This document shows positions 56,596 to 63,310 of a stretch of DNA of 63,310 nucleotides, one piece after another. Each line of letters begins with the position of its first letter. The first letter of the stretch is position 1. A model generated the notes under the pieces. The model ran no database searches and had not been told where the DNA came from. It worked only from the letters and a program-made list of their open reading frames with translations. This stretch comes from an uncultured Anaerolineaceae bacterium. GTDB taxonomy: Bacteria; Chloroflexota; Anaerolineae; Anaerolineales; E44-bin32. The translations under genes were made by a program, and so were the position numbers. The DNA lies in contig CAYLOP010000003.1 in assembly GCA_964385305.1 (NCBI GenBank), forward strand, positions 1-63,310, given 5' to 3'.

Positions 56596-57588
56596 ATGGG
56601 ACGATCATTCCTTTATCGAGGATTTCAACAGCGTGTACCTGGCAGGGATACATTGCATACGCGTGTCGCCCCTGCACCGACTCCTTCTAATGGAAGACAG
56701 GATCAAGAGGATCACCGGGGTACCAAATCCTCCGCCCCGCGAATGGAAACGTATCGACTGCCATGGGAGTTAGAAGCCCAGGAGGAAGCACATAATCTTT
56801 GGACCGTGCGCGAGGCGAGAGGGGTAGAACCTCCATACCGCCATCGGTCTCATGCAAATGGCGTGGAGCTTCGCCTGCTGCCGCTGCTCCACGCCATGCC
56901 GGGTCTTACCCCGCTCACCGGGGTGGTTGGGATGTCTGCGGTTGGCAACCCGCTCACGCTAAATCTCGAAAATAAAGCGACATCGAACTTGCTGGTATTC
57001 GGACCGGAAGGTTGTGGAAAATCAGAGTTGCTGCGTGCATTGATGCTCTCGCTTGCGCTTACAAGTCGTCGCTCACAGGTGAATTTTATGGGCATCGACA
57101 TCGGCGGGCGCGAGTTCGCCGTATTAGAAGCTCTGCCGCATGCGCTCACGGATCTGGCGACAGAACCGGGCTTCGCGGTGGATATCGTCCTGTGGTTGCG
57201 AGAGGAGATAGAGCGTCGAAAGAACGTTGGTGTAACACAGCCCCATCTTATACTATTCGTTGACGATATGGGGTGGCTCGTGCGCAGCAAGGATGCTGAA
57301 GCGATCGCCGCGCTCTCCGCTATCGTTCGCTTAGGACAAGATGTTGGGGTTCACCTTGTCGCAGCTTCTCGCACTTCTCTGCCGCCGGCGCTTCGGCGAT
57401 TGCTGCATCATCGAGGGATGGTTGAAGCGGTAGCTGTTCGCGAGCAATCACGTTCTGGCTCGACGGTGGGTAGATTCCGTTTCACCTCGGGTAGGGATAC
57501 CAGCATTGCCGATACAACGTGGATGAGCGCACGCGATTTAGACACTGCGGTACGGCTCGTGAAGGCGGGATGGAGAGCCGCGGGATAG
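56596..57588 (+). CDS. Soluble FtsK/SpoIIIE-like P-loop ATPase (motor domain only)
   Basis: AAGGAGG lies 10 nt upstream. NLLVFGPEGCGKSELL (Walker A), FMGIDIGGREFAVLEALPH, HLILFVDDMGWL (Walker B), GVHLVAASRT. No TM segments and no winged-helix gamma domain. Confidence 0.7.
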   Translation: MGRSFLYRGFQQRVPGRDTLHTRVAPAPTPSNGRQDQEDHRGTKSSAPRMETYRLPWELEAQEEAHNLWTVREARGVEPPYRHRSHANGVELRLLPLLHAMPGLTPLTGVVGMSAVGNPLTLNLENKATSNLLVFGPEGCGKSELLRALMLSLALTSRRSQVNFMGIDIGGREFAVLEALPHALTDLATEPGFAVDIVLWLREEIERRKNVGVTQPHLILFVDDMGWLVRSKDAEAIAALSAIVRLGQDVGVHLVAASRTSLPPALRRLLHHRGMVEAVAVREQSRSGSTVGRFRFTSGRDTSIADTTWMSARDLDTAVRLVKAGWRAAG

Positions 57589-57597
57589 GATTGGTCT

Positions 57598-58005
57598 ATG
57601 AAGAGCCTTGCCATTCGTTGGATAGGTCTGTTTGCTACAGTGGCTTTTGCGCTCCGTCGATTCGGGCATATCTCGAATGTCGCCATCGGTGGTGTCTCTC
57701 GCCCTGTGGCCCGGATGGACGCAATCCTGTGCGGCATGACCATTGCACTGATGAGTTCATGGCTTCTTTCAGCACTATGGCGGATCTTTGCCAAAAGATT
57801 CGAGACAACCCGCATCGAGGAGCAAATCGTGACATACAGCGATATCGTATCCGAGACGTGGGAAACCGTAGAATTCGGGTTCGACGAGAATGTTGTATGC
57901 GATCCAATGTTTCTCTCTGAGGAGGTGGGTCGGGGTATCAACTCTCGCGAAACTGACGATGTCCTAGGCGTTTACCAAGTAGAGGCATACGAGCGTACGA
58001 CATGA
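57598..58005 (+). CDS. Small membrane protein (two predicted TM segments) with an acidic soluble C-terminus
   Basis: 135 aa. WIGLFATVAFAL and AILCGMTIALMSSWLLSALW are the hydrophobic helices. Starts 9 nt after the ATPase stop. Confidence 0.5.
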   Translation: MKSLAIRWIGLFATVAFALRRFGHISNVAIGGVSRPVARMDAILCGMTIALMSSWLLSALWRIFAKRFETTRIEEQIVTYSDIVSETWETVEFGFDENVVCDPMFLSEEVGRGINSRETDDVLGVYQVEAYERTT

Positions 58006-58268
58006 GAAATACATTTCGTTTTGGAGAATTCGTGCATGTGGCGCGGAGAAACAAATCAGGAATACCCGACGAGTTCCTTTGGCGTGGGCGCAGGCATCGC
58101 ATCCGCCGTTTGGAATCATGCCGAGATGAAAACCGTCGAACCAGAGATGCCACGCGGTTGCATCGCTTATTTTTTATTCGGACCACAAGCGGGCTTCGCT
58201 GTTTGATATCACATGATGTCGACGGCGATACCTGGCGTATGGAGCACATGTATCTAACTGAGGAATAA
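58002..58268 (+). CDS. Small Arg-rich protein of unknown function
   Basis: 88 aa with 19 Arg. The ATGA start/stop overlap with the upstream gene suggests translational coupling. Motifs FLWRGRRHRI ... LFFIRTTSG ... DGDTWRMEHMY. Confidence 0.45.
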   Translation: MRNTFRFGEFVHVARRNKSGIPDEFLWRGRRHRIRRLESCRDENRRTRDATRLHRLFFIRTTSGLRCLISHDVDGDTWRMEHMYLTEE

Positions 58269-58271
58269 CCC

Positions 58272-58535
58272 ATGAATGTTGGAATGCTATGGTTTGATGC
58301 AGACCCACGGGTCAATCTAGACGCTCGACTCACACGAGCGGCTGCCTACTACCAAGAAAAGTATGGAAGCGTTCCCAATTTGTGTTTCATCCATCCTGCA
58401 ACAGCAGGGGACGATCCGCCCCAAAAAGTGGCAGATCTTGAAGTTCGCACAAGTAAGAAAATACTCCCAGATCACTTCTGGTTGGGAATAGGTTTAGAGC
58501 CTGTTGTTTCCGCTAGAGAAGCGAGCACGGATTAA
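58272..58535 (+). CDS. Small protein of unknown function, last gene of the operon
   Basis: 87 aa. Starts 3 nt after the upstream stop. MLWFDADPRVNLDARLTRAAAYYQEKYGSVPNLCFIHP. Confidence 0.45.
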   Translation: MNVGMLWFDADPRVNLDARLTRAAAYYQEKYGSVPNLCFIHPATAGDDPPQKVADLEVRTSKKILPDHFWLGIGLEPVVSAREASTD

Positions 58536-58562
58536 ATTCGTCTACGTTTGGGCTTCGAAGAG

Positions 58563-59555
58563 CTATTCTGAGATCGCCGTGATCAAAATCTCGAGCTCAA
58601 CCTCACGATCGACCGAGCTTGTCTTACTGCCCTGATCAATCGACAGCAATCTGTGGTAAATGTAGTCCAGGTCCGCTCGAGAGAAATTACGAGCTTGTGC
58701 GCTGATTTTATCCACAACATAGGGATGGACGCGCATGACCTTTTTGGGGTCAACCCCATCGTCAAGGGCTTCACGGGCTTGAATGAGGAGCCGAAATTGA
58801 CGTACAATCATTGCAAATGCATACAGCGGGTCATCCTCTTCGAGCAAGCGGTGCAGCGTTCTCAAAGCTTTCGAACCATTACGTTGACCGATGGAATCCA
58901 CCATCGCGAAGACATCACTCTGACCATAGAATGGCGTAAGGCGGTCAACGTCCTCCACTTGAATTGGTCGGTTCAGATCGACGTAGTCAAGGAGCTTTGC
59001 GAGCTCATGGCTAGCCATGTATGCATCTTCCGCAACGAACTCTGCAAGCTGTTGAGCAGCTGAGGTTTCGATCTCGCCACCCATCTGGTGACAACGATTT
59101 CGCAACCAAGCCACAAAAGACGCGCCGCGCGGTGTTGCGCACTTGCGAATAAACGTTTCATCTGACCTTTTTTCACACCATCGATAGAGTGATGAACGTG
59201 ATTTATACGCACGATCGTCTTTCTCGCTGCGAATATCGACATACTCCGCGAGCACTAGCGCAGTTGTCGGGGGGAGAGATGTGAGTATTGAGAAGAAGCG
59301 CTCACGCCAGGTTTCGTCAGGTGGCAAATCTTCGACATGATCAAGGAGAACCAATCTTCTGGGGGCGATAAAAGGTAGGGCATTGCAGGTTTCCTCAAAG
59401 GCGCCAAGATCTAGCCCCTTTGAGAGAAATTGCTGCGTGTTCATATCTGCGGTGGATGGATCGCCCAAACGCTCGTGAAGCTGCATAATAAACTCGTGGA
59501 CCGCCAGATCGTCATCGCCGTATAGTAGATAGACTGTGGGAGGAGATCGATTCAT
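58563..59555 (-). CDS. holA: DNA polymerase III delta subunit
   Basis: 330 aa. VYLLYGDDDLAV N-terminus and overall delta-subunit length and helical C-terminus. Confidence 0.8.
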   Translation of the reverse strand: MNRSPPTVYLLYGDDDLAVHEFIMQLHERLGDPSTADMNTQQFLSKGLDLGAFEETCNALPFIAPRRLVLLDHVEDLPPDETWRERFFSILTSLPPTTALVLAEYVDIRSEKDDRAYKSRSSLYRWCEKRSDETFIRKCATPRGASFVAWLRNRCHQMGGEIETSAAQQLAEFVAEDAYMASHELAKLLDYVDLNRPIQVEDVDRLTPFYGQSDVFAMVDSIGQRNGSKALRTLHRLLEEDDPLYAFAMIVRQFRLLIQAREALDDGVDPKKVMRVHPYVVDKISAQARNFSRADLDYIYHRLLSIDQGSKTSSVDREVELEILITAISE

Positions 59556-59559
59556 GGCT

Positions 59560-60081
59560 TTACAAACTCGTGAGAATCCGATGGAGGGTTACATTGCCAT
59601 GGGCCATCTCGTAAACATGTGAGATTTCCAGCGAGCCGGGATCAGCATCTGTTGTGAGAAATCTTTGTGCCATTTCTCCTAGTGGTTGGGCGGCTAATAA
59701 GGCGAGCAATGTGGTACCAATCGCGATTGGGAGGCGGTCCATACGCTCTCTCCATTCTCTACGATCACCAGCATGAATGAAGAAAGATGCACCACCGGCC
59801 AGGAGCGCTGCCGAAACGAGGTTTGTGCCGCAATTTGGATGTATGGCAAGTTGGTGCTCACCGCGTCGCAGTCTCGAGAGAGCCTCAACAACGGCTTCGC
59901 GCACGGCTTCGGTGGAAACATCCCCAAATAAGAAGAAGCCTCTGATGTCGGAACGACCGACAAAGGTTGTATTTGGGAATCGCTTACTGAGTACGTGGAT
60001 CGTTGCATGCTCGAGTGCATGATTCCTACGCAATTGCGATAGCATGGAAAACGGTTTCATCAAGTTCGAAGTTTCAGGCAT
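59560..60081 (-). CDS. Conserved-looking hypothetical protein with His/Cys motifs, immediately upstream of holA
   Basis: GAGGAG lies 4 nt before ATG 60081. Carries RRNHALEHATIHVL and AIHPNCGTNL motifs and two hydrophobic segments. The stop lies 4 nt from the holA start. Confidence 0.5.
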   Translation of the reverse strand: MPETSNLMKPFSMLSQLRRNHALEHATIHVLSKRFPNTTFVGRSDIRGFFLFGDVSTEAVREAVVEALSRLRRGEHQLAIHPNCGTNLVSAALLAGGASFFIHAGDRREWRERMDRLPIAIGTTLLALLAAQPLGEMAQRFLTTDADPGSLEISHVYEMAHGNVTLHRILTSL

Positions 60082-60222
60082 GCTTCTCCTCAAGTGCTGT
60101 ATGTGCTGATTATACCCCGGCACCCGCTTGGTCCCGAGCGCTTTAGATCTCTTCAATCCTTTCGGCTCGAAATACCGACTTGCCGAAGCACCCCTAGAGC
60201 CAAGCAAGGTTTGGAGTGAGGG

Positions 60223-61197
60223 TTAGAAGTTCGTATGTTTCAAGCCCGCCTCGCTCATCGCACTCTGGAATGCGGTGAGATGACGACAAGTCAATAGCTC
60301 CTTACGAAGCGAATCAGAAATTTCTAAACCCTGTAGATAGCGGGTCAAATGCTTGCGGAAAAGGATCAATCCCCGCTCCGCGCCATAGGCATCCACCATG
60401 CGCTCGAGATGCAGACGGATGACTTGTGCGAGCTCCGACATTGGTACAGTATCCTTCGGGCGTTGCTGGAATATCCACGGATTCCCGACCGCAGAACGAC
60501 CGATCATGACCGCGTCACACTGCGTCAACTTTCTCATACGCTCGATGTCGGCCACACTGCGAACATCGCCATTGCCGATCACGGGAATGGTGAGCGCTTG
60601 TTTAATTTCTGCGATGGCTTCCCAATCCGATTTTCCACTGTATCCTTGATCTCGCGTACGCGCGTGCACTGCGACCAGTGCGCCTCCGTGTTCTTGGATG
60701 GATTTGGCTACATCGAGGTAATTACGTGTGTGCTTGTCCCAACCCAACCGTATCTTGGCAGTGATCGGCACTTCGAGGTTTTGATGAAGGGTGTCCATGA
60801 TGTGTCCGATCTTCACTGGATCGCGTAATAAACCTGCGCCAGCGCCACGCCCCGAGACTCGCTTGACGGAGCAGCCCATATTGACATCAATGGCATCCGG
60901 CTGCAGTTCCTGAATGCGTAACGCTGCATCGAGCAGGCGATCGCCGTCGTGGTCATAAATTTGAAACACTACCGGCCGCTCCTCTTCGAGGAAGCGCAGT
61001 TCGCGCCAGGCGCGCGCCTGCCCTTGAACGATTTCCATCGCGTTGACAAAGGGCGCATAGCTCATGGAAGAACCAAACTGGCGGCAGATTGTCCGGAATG
61101 GCCAATCGCAAAAACCGTCCATGGGTGCGAGGATTAAATCACCATCTACAGGTATGGGACCTATGGAAAACGTGGGTTGGTGCGCATTCATGATCAT
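60223..61197 (-). CDS. dus: tRNA-dihydrouridine synthase
   Basis: LILAPMDGFCDWPFRTICRQFG and DVNMGCSVKRV motifs of the Dus family. Confidence 0.9.
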   Translation of the reverse strand: MIMNAHQPTFSIGPIPVDGDLILAPMDGFCDWPFRTICRQFGSSMSYAPFVNAMEIVQGQARAWRELRFLEEERPVVFQIYDHDGDRLLDAALRIQELQPDAIDVNMGCSVKRVSGRGAGAGLLRDPVKIGHIMDTLHQNLEVPITAKIRLGWDKHTRNYLDVAKSIQEHGGALVAVHARTRDQGYSGKSDWEAIAEIKQALTIPVIGNGDVRSVADIERMRKLTQCDAVMIGRSAVGNPWIFQQRPKDTVPMSELAQVIRLHLERMVDAYGAERGLILFRKHLTRYLQGLEISDSLRKELLTCRHLTAFQSAMSEAGLKHTNF

Positions 61198-61366
61198 GAT
61201 TTATACCGCGTTCGCGGCGTGGATGACAGTACGGAGGAGATTGCACGACTTCGAAGGGTTGAATCTTTTTTGGTAGCAAATCGTGAAACGAGCCGATGGC
61301 AAGTTTTTCATCAAGAGTCGGTAGTTTCCCTTGTGGTATTCACCCAGGCTCAGCTACAATGTCTCC

Positions 61367-62404
61367 ATGTCGTGGGATATCCTAGGTCATGAATGGGCGG
61401 TGAACCTTCTACAGCGGCACCTATCGATGGATCAGGTGCGGCATGCGTATTTGTTCACGGGCCCTGACTCGGTGGGAAAGCGATCCCTTGCCATCCGTTT
61501 TGCGCAAGCGTTGAATTGTGAGGCGCCCCCAGCGCCAGGTGAATTCTGCGGCGAATGCCGTTCCTGCAAACTTATCCCGGAACAGACCTATCCAGATTTG
61601 CACATCGTCGAAGCGGAGGAAGTGGGAGGTGTGCTTAAGGTTGATCAAGTGCGTCAATTGCAGCGGCAACTGGCGCTTGCACCCTTCGAGGGGCGCTGGC
61701 GTGTTGCCTTGTTGCTTCGCTTCCATGAGGCCACAGCCAGTTATGGGGCGAATGCTGCGAACGCGCTCCTGAAGACCTTGGAAGAACCAGCTCCGAAAGT
61801 CGTATTACTGCTCACGGCTCGCTCCTCGTTGGCTTTGCTGCCCACGATCGTCTCGCGCTGCGAAGTCATCCCTCTGCGCGCCTTACCGGCTGGTCAGATT
61901 GAAGCGGCCTTGAAGGCGAGGGGTGAGACCGAAGAGCGGGCTGCGTTGATTGCCGGGTTGAGTGACGGACGCCCTGGATGGGCATTGCAAATGTCCGAAG
62001 ACCCAAGTGTATTAACCAAGCGGACATCTCTTACGGACGATCTGCTGACGCTTCTTGAAAGTGACCGGGGGGAACGATTTAAGTACTGCGAGCGATTCGA
62101 CCCTAGGAAAGCCAAGAAAGCGTTGAAACACGTCCGTCAGAATGCTCTCGATACGCTGGAAGTGTGGGCCAGCTTATGGCGCGACGTGATGATGTTTGCA
62201 TTCAAGGTGTCGTTCTCGCCGCGTAATCCCCATCGATTTCAGGACATCAAGAACATTGCCGCCGGGATGCAACATCAGCGCGTGATCGAAATGCTCGAGG
62301 CTACGTTGCATACGAAAGAGGCATTGGAGCGTAATGTGAACGTGCAATTGGCCATGGAAACACTCATGCTTGACCTGCCGAGAATTAAAACGATATCATC
62401 ATAA
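61367..62404 (+). CDS. holB: DNA polymerase III delta-prime subunit
   Basis: MSWDILGHEWAV...HAYLFTGPDSVGKRSLA and the zinc module CGECRSCK. ATG 61367 preferred over ORF-track 61331. Confidence 0.85.
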   Translation: MSWDILGHEWAVNLLQRHLSMDQVRHAYLFTGPDSVGKRSLAIRFAQALNCEAPPAPGEFCGECRSCKLIPEQTYPDLHIVEAEEVGGVLKVDQVRQLQRQLALAPFEGRWRVALLLRFHEATASYGANAANALLKTLEEPAPKVVLLLTARSSLALLPTIVSRCEVIPLRALPAGQIEAALKARGETEERAALIAGLSDGRPGWALQMSEDPSVLTKRTSLTDDLLTLLESDRGERFKYCERFDPRKAKKALKHVRQNALDTLEVWASLWRDVMMFAFKVSFSPRNPHRFQDIKNIAAGMQHQRVIEMLEATLHTKEALERNVNVQLAMETLMLDLPRIKTISS

Positions 62405-62460
62405 ACGGCGTCGAGAATTTGGATCGGGATTCGTGAGACACAGAGGGTGTGTCCTTCTTA

Positions 62461-62506
62461 TTAAAACAAACAACCTCCCTAGCCACCAGGTGCATGGGAG
62501 GTTGTT
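62461..62506 (-). terminator. Intrinsic terminator downstream of spoVS
   Basis: 11-bp stem AACAACCTCCC (62469-62479) / GGGAGGTTGTT (62496-62506). On the minus strand it is followed by TGTTTTAA. Confidence 0.6.
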
Positions 62507-62600
62507 GGTATCGAATGGAAGGGGTTCCGGTAGATTCAATCCGATATTGGTCGACAACCCCGAAAGTATTCAGAGTTTCTAAAGGTATTGATAGGTGTTC

Positions 62601-62861
62601 TTAGCGAGGTTCGATGACGAGGCGGATAGCTGTGCGCTCCTTGCCCTCAATTTCTACTGAGGTGAACTCAGGAATGCAGATGACATCTATGCCATCTTCC
62701 TGAAGGTAGCCACGGGCGATCGCAACGGCTTTTACCGCTTGGTTGACGGCCCCAGCACCGATGGCTTGAGCCTCTGCACGCTGATGCTCCCTTACGACGC
62801 CTGCAATAGCACCTGCAACTGCAGAGGTGCGTGACGCGGACGAAACTTTTATGACGTTCAT
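62601..62861 (-). CDS. spoVS: Stage V sporulation protein S family protein
   Basis: 86 aa from ATG 62861. MNVIKVSSASRTSAVAGAIAGVVREHQRAEAQAIGAGAVNQAVKAVAIARGYL is the highly conserved SpoVS sequence. Confidence 0.9.
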   Translation of the reverse strand: MNVIKVSSASRTSAVAGAIAGVVREHQRAEAQAIGAGAVNQAVKAVAIARGYLQEDGIDVICIPEFTSVEIEGKERTAIRLVIEPR

Positions 62862-63179
62862 CGGGCCCCCTATCTTGGTGTTCGTATGTGTCGCCCGATA
62901 TGCGATGCGGTTATAAAATGATTGTACAGGATTCCCATGCAAGGAGCAAGATAAACAGGGTGTCTTTCGAATGTTGAATTTGTGCATCCTAGGGGGATGT
63001 TGCTAAAGAAAAGGATGAAGTGGCCGTTCGATTGGGCTCGGAATGTCGTAGATGACCATCATGCATTTCGAATGAGCATTCGACCCCCGATTATCTTGAA
63101 GCATTGATTTTACGGTGCCTGTGCAAGGTGGAATGCACTTCGGATTCAGGGAGACCTGTAGCTTGTAGCTATTAAAGGG

Positions 63180-63208
63180 TTCAGGGCGGGTATGTTGCCC
63201 GCCCTGAA
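63180..63208 (-). terminator. GC-rich hairpin downstream of the truncated minus-strand gene (possible terminator)
   Basis: TTCAGGGCGGG (63180-63190) / CCCGCCCTGAA (63198-63208), 7-nt loop. The U-tail on the minus strand is weak. Confidence 0.35.
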
Positions 63209-63233
63209 TGAACCGCAATATCCGACACCTCAT

Positions 63234-63310
63234 CTAGAGTAAACCTGCCCGCTCATTAAACGCCCCGATCAGCGCATCGAAAGATTCGATCTGCCCCTGA
63301 ATATCTGTCC
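63234..63310 (-). CDS. 3' end of a gene truncated by the window edge, function unknown
   Basis: An open minus-strand frame reads ...TDIQGQIESFDALIGAFNERAGLL then TAG (63234-63236). It is too short to assign. Confidence 0.3.
   Translation of the reverse strand, partial: TDIQGQIESFDALIGAFNERAGLL

Noticed and set aside
56585-56773. Alternative ORFs just after the LexA promoter: a 62-aa GTG ORF and a 33-codon ATG-56589 ORF
   Set aside because: The GGAGG at 56581-56585 overlaps the GTG or lies only 3 nt from ATG 56589. ATG 56596 has normal spacing and leads into the FtsK-like domain.
58021-58206. 61-aa ORF in another frame overlapping the Arg-rich gene
   Set aside because: The 58002-58268 frame is favoured by its ATGA start/stop coupling to the upstream gene and its 3-nt spacing to the downstream gene. 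Confidence in either frame is only moderate.

Overview
This is a 63.3-kb, moderately GC-rich bacterial chromosomal segment. It probably comes from a Chloroflexota-like lineage; that is an inference from SpoVS, the multi-GAF kinases, Cheo-type LexA boxes and overall gene content, and I cannot verify it here. About 50 densely packed protein genes lie on both strands. I recognised no rRNA, tRNA, CRISPR array, transposase or integrase.

Most of the window is housekeeping:
- Replication and repair: dnaA, radA, priA, holA, holB, rnhB.
- Translation and proteostasis: rpsA, clpC, cbpA, htrA, hsp20, rhomboid, NfeD, pcm.
- Central metabolism: acnA, ADP-forming acetyl-CoA synthetase, class-V aminotransferase, aldo/keto reductase.
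- Signalling: a 1283-aa six-GAF histidine kinase and a receiver-GAF / hybrid kinase pair.

The observations most worth a second look:
1. A near-consensus promoter carries two perfect GAAC-N4-GTTC LexA-type boxes. It drives an uncharacterised four-gene operon headed by a motor-domain-only FtsK/SpoIIIE-like ATPase (56520-58535).
2. A chlI-like ORF and a start-codon-less chlD-like VWA frame are joined at an A9 run. This is a candidate programmed -1 frameshift or transcriptional slippage site, or else a homopolymer miscall (39181-41240).
3. A bacterial eRF1/Vms1-like protein with a GGSQ loop and a zinc ribbon sits in an apparent operon with a NudC-like Nudix hydrolase (28750-30421).

Lower-interest items include an 11-copy 21-nt in-frame acidic heptad repeat in rpsA, a run of membrane-anchored coiled-coil proteins, an orphan intrinsic terminator, and a dnaA locus with no dnaN and no recognisable DnaA-box cluster.

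All functional calls rest on motif recognition by eye in the supplied translations. No database search was run.
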